Assembly: GCA_963820725.1 (NCBI GenBank)
Contig: CAWGAZ010000005.1
Location: 9,241-73,240, forward strand
From: an uncultured Actinomycetes bacterium
GTDB taxonomy: Bacteria > Actinomycetota > Thermoleophilia > Gaiellales > Gaiellaceae
DNA: 64,000 nucleotides
Direction: 5' to 3'
Shown: positions 1 through 7,442 of the stretch, piece by piece
Numbering within the stretch: the first letter of the stretch is position 1
How the letters are laid out: every line of letters begins with the position of its first letter
Position numbers and translations under genes: made by a program
The notes under the pieces: generated by a model
What the model was told of the DNA's origin: nothing
The model's input: only the letters and a program-made list of their open reading frames with translations
Databases searched by the model: none

Positions 1-288
1 ACCTTCGACACCGAGGTCCTCCAGGCGGACAAGCCTGTCCTCGTCGACTTCTGGGCCGAGTGGTGCGGGCCGTGTCACGCCGTGGCGCCCGTACTCGAGC
101 GTATCGCCGACGAGCACGATCTCAAGCTCGTCAAGGTGAACATCGACGAGAACCAGGATCTCGCGATGCGGTACGGGATCCAGTCGATCCCGAACATGAT
201 GCTCTTCGAGGGCGGAGCGCCCAAGGCCTCCGCGGTCGGCGCGATGCCGAAGGGCATGCTCGAGCGGCAGCTCGGCTTCGAAAGCTGA
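1..288 (+). CDS. trxA: thioredoxin (5' end outside window)
   Basis: Frame 1 reads TFDTEVLQADKPVLVDFWAEWCGPCHAVAPVLERIADEH... with the WCGPC active site. Stop TGA 286-288. ORF-track 82..288 is its 3' part. Confidence 0.9.
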   Translation, partial: TFDTEVLQADKPVLVDFWAEWCGPCHAVAPVLERIADEHDLKLVKVNIDENQDLAMRYGIQSIPNMMLFEGGAPKASAVGAMPKGMLERQLGFES

Positions 289-317
289 GAGAGCGCGGCG
301 GCACTCGCCGCGCTCTC
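289..317. terminator. hairpin between convergent trxA and a small minus-strand ORF
   Basis: Perfect 12-bp stem GAGAGCGCGGCG (289-300) / CGCCGCGCTCTC (306-317), loop GCACT. No clear T-run, which is common at high GC. Confidence 0.5.
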
Positions 318-337
318 ACACCCTCGAGGGATGCGTG

Positions 338-499
338 CTACTCCGCCGGCTGTGCGGGGTCGTGATCTTCGACGAAGCGGATGAAGTCGGCGTGCTTGGC
401 GAGATACGCCTCGAGCTCCCCGAGGCCCGCGCCCGCCCAGTCCTCGAGCCAGGTCTCGGCGATGTCGTCCTCGATCCGATGGAACCCTCGCTCGCTCAT
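338..499 (-). CDS. hypothetical small acidic protein (53 aa)
   Basis: MSERGFHRIEDDIAETWLEDWAGAGLGELEAYLAKHADFIRFVEDHDPAQPAE. Composition is unlike Arg/Ala-rich shadow ORFs. Start taken at internal ATG 499 of ORF-track 338..553. No family recognised. Confidence 0.35.
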   Translation of the reverse strand: MSERGFHRIEDDIAETWLEDWAGAGLGELEAYLAKHADFIRFVEDHDPAQPAE

Positions 500-644
500 T
501 CCTGCGCATGATCGACACGGAATCGGACAATGCCTATGGGCCGTTCGGCTCAACTTCGCGGACGGCAGGACCTAAGCGATTCGAGGAGGAGGAGTAGCTA
601 CGCCGCGCCGTTCTGCCACCCAGCACGAGCTCGCGCGGATCGAG

Positions 645-971
645 TTGCTCGCCGGGTTGCCGGGCGAGACGCTGACCCGGCTCGGGCAACGCATGGAGCG
701 CGCGGAGGTCGCACCCGGAACCGTGCTCGTGCGGGAGGGCGAGTCCGACGATCGCTTCTACGTCCTCCTCACCGGGCTCCTTGCCGTCAGCCAGCGCGAC
801 TTCGGCGCGCGCGGTGTCCTCCGCCCCGGTGACTACTTCGGCGAGGTCGCTCCCGCGATGTCCATGCCGCGCACTGCGACCGTGTCCGCGATGACTCCCG
901 CGGTCGTGGCGAGCTGCGACCGGGCGACCTTCGACGAGCTGGTGCGGCCGCTCTTCGCCGACGACGACTAG
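645..971 (+). CDS. cyclic-nucleotide-binding (CAP effector-like) domain protein, start uncertain
   Basis: The pattern FYVLLTGLLAV...GVLRPGDYFGEVA...RTATVSAMTPAVVASCDRATFDELV resembles a cNMP-binding beta-barrel with a phosphate-binding cassette. The first canonical start is TTG 645, but the frame is open from 576. Confidence 0.7.
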   Translation: MLAGLPGETLTRLGQRMERAEVAPGTVLVREGESDDRFYVLLTGLLAVSQRDFGARGVLRPGDYFGEVAPAMSMPRTATVSAMTPAVVASCDRATFDELVRPLFADDD

Positions 972-1771
972 AGCTCGGCGAGCACGGCGTCGCTGAAGAC
1001 CGGCCAGGCGTCCTTCGCCCAGTCCCCGAACCGCCGGTCGGTGAGGACGCCACACGCGACTCCCACATCGGGATCAACCCAGAGAAACGTCCCGCTCGCG
1101 CCGAAGTGACCGAAGGTGCGCCCGGAGTTGCGGGAGCCGGTCCAGTGCGGCGACTTCGCGTCGCGCAGTTCGAACGCGAGACCCCAATCGTTCGGTTCCA
1201 TCCGACCGAGACCCGGCAGGACACCCACCAGACCCGGAAACTGGACGGCTGTCGCCTCGGCGAGCGTCTCGGGCGCGACAAGCGTTGGCCGGACGAGCTC
1301 GCGGCCGAGCGCGAGGAGGTCGTCGAGCGGTCCGCCGTAGCCGTGAGCCGGTGAGCCGACGAACCGTCCGGCGAGGCCGAGCGGTTCGGCGACAGCCTGG
1401 GCGAAGTAGTCGGTGAACGGCATCTCCGCGCGCTCCCGGAGCAGGCGTGCGGCGAGCTCGATGCCCGTATTCGAGTAGATGCGGCGCCGCCCAGGCTCCG
1501 AGATCGGCTGGTCGCCGTCGACCGGGAGGCCGGATGCGTGCGAGAGCAGGTGACGCAGTGTCGCGCCGGGCGGGCCTGCCGGCTCGTCGAGGTCCACCGT
1601 TCCCTCCTCGACCGCGACGAGTACGGCAAGACCGGTCAGGAGCTTCGTGACGGACGCCCACGGGAGCACGACGTCCCGCGGCCCGCGAGTTGCGACCACT
1701 CCGTCGGCGCGCGCGACTCCCGCGGCAGCCACGCCTGCGTTCCAGCCGTCGATCGCCCGGAGCGATTCCAC
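968..1771 (-). CDS. serine hydrolase, beta-lactamase/PBP-like family
   Basis: 267-aa ORF with an N-terminal S-x-x-K motif (ASVTKLLTG) and LRHLLSHASGLP, typical of class C beta-lactamase-related esterases. Confidence 0.8.
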   Translation of the reverse strand: MESLRAIDGWNAGVAAAGVARADGVVATRGPRDVVLPWASVTKLLTGLAVLVAVEEGTVDLDEPAGPPGATLRHLLSHASGLPVDGDQPISEPGRRRIYSNTGIELAARLLRERAEMPFTDYFAQAVAEPLGLAGRFVGSPAHGYGGPLDDLLALGRELVRPTLVAPETLAEATAVQFPGLVGVLPGLGRMEPNDWGLAFELRDAKSPHWTGSRNSGRTFGHFGASGTFLWVDPDVGVACGVLTDRRFGDWAKDAWPVFSDAVLAEL

Positions 1772-1790
1772 CGCGCGGGATACTAGGAGC

Positions 1791-2165
1791 GTGGAGCGCG
1801 CAACCGTCCCCGCGGTGTCGCCCTTCGCGGAGACGGTCGGCTACTGCCGCGCCGTGCGCGACGGGCGGCACATCTACGTCTCGGGGACGGCTCCGGTGGG
1901 GATCGACTCGGACGACGCGTACGAGCAGGCGAGGCGCTGCCTCGCGATCATCGTGGACGCGCTTCGAGAACTCGGCGCCGGCCCCGAGCACGTCGTCCGC
2001 ACGCGCATCTACGTCGTCGACCCGGGCGACTGGGAGCCGGTCGGGCGAGCGCACGGCGAACTGTTCGGCGAACACCCACCCGCGTCGGCGATGCTCGTCG
2101 TCGCCGGTCTGCTCGATCCGTCCTGGAAGGTCGAGATCGAGGCCGACGCGCTGCTTCCCGAATGA
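1791..2165 (+). CDS. RidA/YjgF-family protein
   Basis: GYCRAVRDGRHIYVSGTAP...ARRCLAIIVDALRELGAGPEHVVRTRIYV...PASAMLVVAGLLDPSWKVEIEADA. The upstream part of ORF-track 1647..2165 overlaps the hydrolase and looks non-coding. Start GTG 1791; alternative GTG 1815. Confidence 0.75.
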   Translation: MERATVPAVSPFAETVGYCRAVRDGRHIYVSGTAPVGIDSDDAYEQARRCLAIIVDALRELGAGPEHVVRTRIYVVDPGDWEPVGRAHGELFGEHPPASAMLVVAGLLDPSWKVEIEADALLPE

Positions 2166-2189
2166 GACCGAGGGGATAATCGTCAGAAC

Positions 2190-3410
2190 ATGAATGATTC
2201 GTTGATCCCGCCGTCGATCACGGGCAAGGGCTCGACCTTCCCGCCGGGCGGGAGCGTGCTCGACCACAAGTTCGGCGCGAGCGACCCTTACACGCTCGGG
2301 GTCGAGGAGGAGTACATGCTCCTCGACAGCGAGACCTTCGACCTCGTCCAGCACATCGACACCGTGCTCGCCGCCGTCGCAGGGCACGAGCTGGAGCCTC
2401 GCATCAACTCCGAGCTGATGCAGTCGGTGCTCGAGGTGGCCACGCCGGTCTGTCACACGCCGGCCGGCGTCCAGCAGCAGCTCCTCCGGATCCGCCGCTA
2501 CGTCACCGACATCGCGCGAGAGAAGGGCCTGCGCGTCGGCTCGGCCGGCACGCACCCGTTCTCGCTCTTCGAGACGCAGCGGATCACCGCGAAGGACCGC
2601 TATCGCGCCCTCGTCGACCAGATGCAGTACATCGCACGGCGGGAGCTCATCTTCGGCATGCACGTGCACGTCGCGGTCGACGACCCGGAGAAGGCGATCC
2701 AGGTCGTCAACGGCCTCATCGCCCATCTCCCCGAGCTCGTCGCGCTCTCGGCCAGCTCGCCGTTCTGGCGGGGCGAGCCGACCGGACTCCGCTCGTCGCG
2801 CCACATGGTGTTCGCCGCCTTCCCGCGCTCGGGACCCCCGCCGCGCTTCCGCGACTACGCCGACTACGCGCAGGTCGTGAACCAGCTCGAGAAGACCGGC
2901 TGCATCCAGGACTACACGCACATCTGGTGGGACATCCGGCTGCACCCGCGGTTGGGGACGATCGAGATCCGGATCTGCGATGCGGTAACGCGGCTCGAGG
3001 ACGTGATCGCGATCACCGCGTACTGCCAGGCGCTCGTCAAGCACTACGCGGGGCTCGTCGACCGCGGCGAGGAGATCCCGTCGTTCCACCGCATCCTCAC
3101 GACCGAGAACAAGTGGCTCGCCGCGCGGTACGGGCTCTCGGCGCCTGTGATGGACCTCCACACGGGTCGCCGCAACCGGCTGCCGGTGGCCGCGCTCGTC
3201 AGGCGGACGCTGCAGACACTGCGCCCGCATGCTCGCGATCTCGGCTCCGAGGACGAGCTCGCCGGCATCGAGGAGATCCTGCGCCGCGGGAACGGCGCCG
3301 ACCGGCAGCTCCACGTCTTCAACACGAACCGCGACATCGTCGAGGTGACGAAAGCGATCGCCGACGCGACGGAAGTCGCACCGGAGCCCGAGCCCGCGGC
3401 CGCTGCGTAG
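2190..3410 (+). CDS. carboxylate-amine ligase, glutamate-cysteine ligase family 2 (YbdK-like)
   Basis: 406-aa ORF with GCS2-type blocks TLGVEEEYMLLD, GTHPF, ELIFGMHVHVAV and WWDIRLHPRLGTIEIRICD. Confidence 0.85.
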   Translation: MNDSLIPPSITGKGSTFPPGGSVLDHKFGASDPYTLGVEEEYMLLDSETFDLVQHIDTVLAAVAGHELEPRINSELMQSVLEVATPVCHTPAGVQQQLLRIRRYVTDIAREKGLRVGSAGTHPFSLFETQRITAKDRYRALVDQMQYIARRELIFGMHVHVAVDDPEKAIQVVNGLIAHLPELVALSASSPFWRGEPTGLRSSRHMVFAAFPRSGPPPRFRDYADYAQVVNQLEKTGCIQDYTHIWWDIRLHPRLGTIEIRICDAVTRLEDVIAITAYCQALVKHYAGLVDRGEEIPSFHRILTTENKWLAARYGLSAPVMDLHTGRRNRLPVAALVRRTLQTLRPHARDLGSEDELAGIEEILRRGNGADRQLHVFNTNRDIVEVTKAIADATEVAPEPEPAAAA

Positions 3411-3420
3411 GATCGATTCG

Positions 3421-3882
3421 ATGCTGGAGGTCGGGGAGAAAGCGCCGCTCGACGCGGTCGTGTGGACGACGCCGCGCGAGCGTGCGAGCGTCGGCGACCT
3501 GATCCACGACCGGCCGTTGCTCCTCCTCTTTTACCTCTTCGACTGGTCCTCGACCTGAACGAACGAGCTCGAGCTCCTGCGTGACAGGAGAGCGGAGCTG
3601 CAGGAGGCCGGGGTCGAGCCGTTCGCGATCTCGCGTGACTCGCCATACACGCACGTCGCCTGGATGCAAGCACTCGATCTCGACTTCCCGCTCCTCTCCG
3701 ACTGGAACGCCGACGCGACCCACGGCTTCGGCGTCGCCTACGAGCACAACGGCATGCGCGACGTCTCGCGTCGCAGCGCGTTCCTCGTCGATGTTGAGGG
3801 CGTCGTGCGCGGTGCGTGGGCCTACGAACCGAGCGAGTTGCCGGACCTCGACGAGCTGATCGCAGCGGCCCACGACTTGTAG
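3421..3882 (+). CDS. BCP/AhpE-like peroxiredoxin with in-frame UGA (3556-3558) at the peroxidatic-Cys position; candidate selenoprotein (alternative: nonsense pseudogene)
   Basis: ATG 3421 ... LLLLFYLFDWSST-[TGA]-TNELELLRDRRAELQEAGVEPFAISRDSP...DFPLLSDWN...RRSAFLVDVEG... reads in one frame to TAG 3880-3882. It aligns by eye with the Bcp stretch [20 protein letters not shown]...GISTD...LLSD...R.SFLID. The ORF track shows only the last 72 aa (3664..3882). Confidence 0.6.
3566..3599 (+). promoter_or_regulatory. SECIS-like stem-loop downstream of UGA 3556-3558
   Basis: Lower stem AGCUC (3566-3570) / GAGCU (3595-3599), then an internal loop. Upper stem CUCCUG (3574-3579) / CAGGAG (3585-3590). Apical loop CGUGA, starting 21 nt after the UGA. 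Confidence 0.4.
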
Positions 3883-3912
3883 TCGTCCGCCCGATCGCGT
3901 TTACTCGCGCGC

Positions 3913-4503
3913 ATGGATACCCCGCACGCCACCGAGCCGCCTGCCGAGCGCGGGCTGCCCTCGGGACCAGTCACCGCCGCGGTCGGTCTCACGGTCGCGA
4001 TCGTCACCCTCATCTTCCTGTTCGAGTCGAACCTGGTTCCCTCGAACTGGTACGGGTTGTTCAAGGTCGTGCACGTGATCGGCGCCGTCGCGTGGGTCGG
4101 CGGTGGGCTGATCCTGACGATCCTTGCGATGCGGGCCGAGCGCTCGTCGGATCCCCGCGAGATGGCAACGATCGCGAGACAAGCTGCGTTTGCGGGCGAA
4201 CGGGTCTTCGCCCCCGTCGGCCTCCTCGTCTTCCTGATGGGGATCGCCATGGTGATCAACCTGCACCTGGGCTTCGGAACGTCGTGGATCGTCATCGGTC
4301 TCATCGGCTACGCGATCACGTTCTTGACCGGCCTCCTGGTGCTCGGGCCGCTGGCGAAGCGCATCGGGCAGCTGATCGAGACCAAAGGCCCGGAGGCGCC
4401 CGAGACGCAGGCGACCATCCAGCGCATCCTCCTGCTCGCGCGCGTCGACATTGGCGTGCTCCTGCTCGTAGTCGCCGACATGGTCTTGAAGCCGTTCACG
4501 TAA
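3913..4503 (+). CDS. integral membrane protein (about 4 TM helices), function unknown
   Basis: 196-aa ORF with hydrophobic spans VGLTVAIVTLIFLF, VIGAVAWVGGGLILTIL, VGLLVFLMGIAMVI/WIVIGLIGYAITFLTGLLVL and IGVLLLVVADMVL. TTTACT (3900-3905) lies 7 nt before ATG 3913. Confidence 0.7.
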   Translation: MDTPHATEPPAERGLPSGPVTAAVGLTVAIVTLIFLFESNLVPSNWYGLFKVVHVIGAVAWVGGGLILTILAMRAERSSDPREMATIARQAAFAGERVFAPVGLLVFLMGIAMVINLHLGFGTSWIVIGLIGYAITFLTGLLVLGPLAKRIGQLIETKGPEAPETQATIQRILLLARVDIGVLLLVVADMVLKPFT

Positions 4504-4510
4504 GCGTCGG

Positions 4511-4540
4511 TTGACATGTGACCTTTTGGTCACGTAAGAT
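4511..4540 (+). promoter_or_regulatory. arsR promoter with an operator palindrome in the spacer
   Basis: TTGACA (4511-4516), 18-nt spacer, TAAGAT (4535-4540). The spacer is filled by the inverted repeat GTGACC-TTTT-GGTCAC (4518-4533). GTG 4548 lies 7 nt after the -10 box, a leaderless geometry. Confidence 0.5.
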
Positions 4541-4547
4541 TCGGCGC

Positions 4548-4865
4548 GTGGACGACGACCAGGTCTTCAAGGCGCTCGCCGATCCAACGCGGCGGCACCT
4601 CCTCGACCGGCTCTTCGAGCGCGACGGCCGCACGCTCACAGAGCTCGAGTCCGAGCTAGAGATGTCTCGCTTCGGCGTCATGAAGCACCTCCGCGTCCTC
4701 GAGGACGCCGGACTCGTCGTCACCCGCCGGGAGGGCCGGGAGAAGCTCCACTTCCTGAACCCGGTGCCCATCCGGCTCATCCACGACCGGTGGATCGACA
4801 AGTACACCGAGCACCGCGTCGCGGCGCTCGCAGATCTCAAGCACGAACTGGAGGACAGCGCATGA
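4548..4865 (+). CDS. ArsR/SmtB-family transcriptional regulator
   Basis: VDDDQVFKALADPTRRHLLDRLFERDGRTLTELESELEMSRFGVMKHLRVLEDAGLVVTRREGREKLHFLN is a winged-HTH ArsR signature. GTG 4548 is preferred over ORF-track GTG 4518, which lies inside the promoter. Confidence 0.85.
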   Translation: MDDDQVFKALADPTRRHLLDRLFERDGRTLTELESELEMSRFGVMKHLRVLEDAGLVVTRREGREKLHFLNPVPIRLIHDRWIDKYTEHRVAALADLKHELEDSA

Positions 4866-5299
4866 CCACATTGACCGCACAGGCGACGCAGGTCTACTCC
4901 GTCTTCATCCGCGCCACGCCGGAGCAGATCTGGGACGCAATCACGCAACCGGAGTTCACGCAGCAGTACTTCTTCGGCGCGCGCATCGACGTGCGCGACG
5001 GCCGCCGCTTCTGCGCGGTCGGCGATGCCGAGTGGAACGAGGAGGTGTTCGAGGCCGACCCGCCGCGCAGGCTCGTGCACGGCTGGACGGCGGGCTACGA
5101 CGCCGATCTGGCAGCAGAGGCGGAGAGCCGCGTCACCTGGGAGATCGAGCCCCAGGACGGCGGCATCACGAAGCTCACCGTCGTGCACGACCAGCTCGAG
5201 GGTGCGCCGAAGACGGCGGAGAGCGTCGCCGGCGGCTGGATGTACGTGATCAGCGGCCTGAAGACGCTGCTCGAAACCGGCAAGCCGCTCGTCGGCTGA
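4862..5299 (+). CDS. SRPBCC / AHSA1 (activator of Hsp90 ATPase-like) domain protein
   Basis: MTTLTAQATQVYSVFIRATPEQIWDAITQPEFTQQYFFG...RVTWEIEPQDGGITKLTVVHDQL. ATG 4862 overlaps the arsR stop (ATGA). ArsR plus SRPBCC is a common operon pairing. Confidence 0.85.
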   Translation: MTTLTAQATQVYSVFIRATPEQIWDAITQPEFTQQYFFGARIDVRDGRRFCAVGDAEWNEEVFEADPPRRLVHGWTAGYDADLAAEAESRVTWEIEPQDGGITKLTVVHDQLEGAPKTAESVAGGWMYVISGLKTLLETGKPLVG

Positions 5300-5315
5300 A
5301 CCGGGCTGCGCGAAC

Positions 5316-5350
5316 GCGGCCGCCGGGAGCGATGAGTTTCCGGCGGCCGC
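5316..5350 (+). terminator. hairpin after the arsR-SRPBCC operon
   Basis: Perfect 11-bp stem GCGGCCGCCGG (5316-5326) / CCGGCGGCCGC (5340-5350) with a 13-nt loop, followed by ACGGTCTTCTTCC. Confidence 0.45.
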
Positions 5351-5425
5351 ACGGTCTTCTTCCCAGAGAGGTCGCCGGATCGGCAACACTCTCGCCAAGT
5401 CCCACGAACGCCGAGGAGTGAGTCG

Positions 5426-6499
5426 ATGCCGAAGACACTGCTGACCGTAGCTACCCGCAAGGGCACCTTCCTGGCCGAGAGCGACGACCGTCGCGACTGG
5501 ACGATGCGAGGCCCGTACTGCGAGGGATGGCCCGTCTACCACGCTGTCTACGACGCCACTAGGGGGGACATCTACGCGGCCGCCGCCAGCGAGTGGCACG
5601 GCTCGGCTGTCTGGCGCAGCAGCGATCTCGGCGAGACGTGGGAGCACTCGAGCGAAGGCCTCTCGTACGGCGACGGCGACGGCCGCAAGATCTCGAAGGT
5701 CTCGACGCTGGCACGGGCGGGCGACCGGTTGCTCGTCGGCGTCGAAGCGCCGGGCATCTTCGAGAGCCGCGACGACGGCAAGTCCTGGTCGCTCCTGTCG
5801 ACCCTGTCCGGCCAGCATGGCAGCGAGAGCTGGGACGATCCCGCGAACCAGCCGCCGGGGCACCTCGGGATCTCCGGCTTCGTCACCGAGCCGAACGACT
5901 CGGACCGCTTCTTCGCGATCGTGCAGGGGATCGGCGCGTTCGAGACCGAGGACGGCGGCTCTTCGTGGACCCCGCGGAACAAGGGTCTTCGTCGTGACTG
6001 GCCCGCCGACTACGAGGACGTCGGCTTCTGCGTGCACAAGCTCGTCCGCTCCTCCGACCCGCAGCGCATGTACCAGCAGAACCACGTCGGCATGCACCGC
6101 TCCGACGATGCCGGGCAGTCGTGGAACGAGATCACCGAGGGCTTGCCCGGCGACTTCGGCTTCGCGGCGGCAGTCCATCCGCACGACCCCGAGACCTTCT
6201 ACGTCGTCCCGGTCGACGGGGGCCACGGTCGGACGATGCACGACGGCCAAGCCGCCGTCTGGCGCACGCGCGACGGCGGCTCGAGCTGGCAGGACATGCG
6301 GCAAGGCTTGCCGCAGGAGAACGCGCATCTCGGCGTCCTGCGCCAGGGGATGACGATCGACAAGCACGACATCCCGGGGGTCTACTTCGGCACGAGCACC
6401 GGGCAGGTCTTCGCGAGCATCGACGAGGGCGACACCTGGACCGAGATCGCGAGCTACCTGCCGTCGATCTCGTCCGTCGACGTGGCGATGCTCGACTGA
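5426..6499 (+). CDS. Asp-box (BNR) repeat beta-propeller protein, sialidase/Ycf48-like fold, no signal peptide
   Basis: Six S/T-x-D-x-G-x-(T/S)-W Asp-boxes: SSDLGETW, SRDDGKSW, TEDGGSSW, SDDAGQSW, TRDGGSSW, SIDEGDTW. GAGGAG Shine-Dalgarno before ATG 5426. Confidence 0.8.
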   Translation: MPKTLLTVATRKGTFLAESDDRRDWTMRGPYCEGWPVYHAVYDATRGDIYAAAASEWHGSAVWRSSDLGETWEHSSEGLSYGDGDGRKISKVSTLARAGDRLLVGVEAPGIFESRDDGKSWSLLSTLSGQHGSESWDDPANQPPGHLGISGFVTEPNDSDRFFAIVQGIGAFETEDGGSSWTPRNKGLRRDWPADYEDVGFCVHKLVRSSDPQRMYQQNHVGMHRSDDAGQSWNEITEGLPGDFGFAAAVHPHDPETFYVVPVDGGHGRTMHDGQAAVWRTRDGGSSWQDMRQGLPQENAHLGVLRQGMTIDKHDIPGVYFGTSTGQVFASIDEGDTWTEIASYLPSISSVDVAMLD

Positions 6500-6500
6500 C

Positions 6501-6764
6501 GTGGCGGACGTCAGGCTTCCCGGGACCCTGACGCCGCTCTTCCCCGGCCTGCCACGCCGGGTCGAGGTCGATGCCCCGACGGTGCTCGCGGCGATCGACT
6601 CGCTCGAGGCGCAGTGGCCCGGGTTGCGCGACCGGATCGTCGAGGAGGGGCCGGCCCTGCGCCGGCACCTCCACGTCTACGTCGACGGCGAGCGCGCCGG
6701 ACTGGAGACACCGGTCGCGGAGCGCTCGCGCCTCGACGTCATCGCCGCGATCAGCGGCGGCTAG
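6501..6764 (+). CDS. MoaD/ThiS-family ubiquitin-like small protein ending in Gly-Gly
   Basis: 87-aa ORF starting 2 nt after the propeller stop. The C-terminus ...VIAAISGG-stop and the ...HVYVDGERA... pattern fit beta-grasp sulfur carriers. Confidence 0.7.
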   Translation: MADVRLPGTLTPLFPGLPRRVEVDAPTVLAAIDSLEAQWPGLRDRIVEEGPALRRHLHVYVDGERAGLETPVAERSRLDVIAAISGG

Positions 6765-7248
6765 CTCTGGGTCGCTGCGCCGCGGCATCGACCGCACCGC
6801 GAAGCCGGGCAGACTGCATCCGCACGACGATGACGGCATCGCCGTTGGCGATGCGGATCGCCTGGCTGCCTCTCACGATGAGCGTGCCTGCAGCCGTGCT
6901 GCTGCACCTCGTGCAGAGCACGCGCGTCACTGCGGGCGCACTGTTCGTGGCGCGGATCCTGAGCAACGTAGCCGCCGGCCCTCGGAGCGCCGGCAGGCGC
7001 AGCTGCCAGGCCAGTCGCCAGTGATGACCCCTCCGAGGAACAACACCGGTCAGCCTCGTTCCGCCGACGCTCGTTGCGAGCGTCCCGTTGAAGTCCCCGT
7101 TCGCCGCGGTTCCAGCCACCGGTGCGAGACGGGCGTGGAGACGGAACGAGAGCGTCGGCATGGCCGCCGCCGCGCTTCCGGACGCAATCGCCGCAACGGC
7201 GAGCCCGGCCAGCAGCACCCTCGTCCGCGCGCTTCGTGTCCTGTTCAT
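6751..7248 (-). CDS. secreted hypothetical protein
   Basis: N-terminal signal peptide MNRTRSARTRVLLAGLAVAAIASGSAAAA followed by a non-repetitive 135-aa domain. Its 3' end overlaps the MoaD-like gene by 14 nt (convergent). Confidence 0.5.
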   Translation of the reverse strand: MNRTRSARTRVLLAGLAVAAIASGSAAAAMPTLSFRLHARLAPVAGTAANGDFNGTLATSVGGTRLTGVVPRRGHHWRLAWQLRLPALRGPAATLLRIRATNSAPAVTRVLCTRCSSTAAGTLIVRGSQAIRIANGDAVIVVRMQSARLRGAVDAAAQRPRASRR

Positions 7249-7442
7249 GGCACCTCCTCCTGCGAGCGGTACCTGCGCCGTACCCGATCGTACGCGAGCT
7301 CAAGCCGCTAACCATCGCGACGTTGTTCGGAATGTTTTAGGATCGCCCGGCTGAGCGAAGGGGTGTCGCCGGCTGCGGGGTGACCCGCGACCGGCTTACG
7401 GCCTGACACCGAAACAGCAGGACCGACCGCCTGGGAGGAAAT

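Noticed and set aside
530-574. 14-codon ORF MPMGRSAQLRGRQDL upstream of the cNMP-binding gene
   Set aside because: It has no Shine-Dalgarno or promoter geometry, has an Arg-rich composition, and is likely chance.
1074-3314. 746-aa minus-strand ORF, along with similar long ORFs 787..1629 and 534..1055
   Set aside because: It is antisense to the well-supported hydrolase, RidA and GCS2 genes. Its extreme Arg/Ala/Pro/Gly composition is typical of shadow ORFs in high-GC DNA, and no motifs are present.
4496-6367. 623-aa minus-strand ORF
   Set aside because: It is antisense to the arsR, SRPBCC and propeller genes, is Arg/Ala-rich, and has no recognisable domain.
7344-7442. c-di-AMP (ydaO-type) or other known riboswitch in the leader of the Cys-rich secreted protein
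   Set aside because: Some GGGGUGA/CCGAA-like strings occur. The element is too short, however, and lacks the pseudo-symmetric ydaO architecture. I keep it only as a generic structured-leader candidate.
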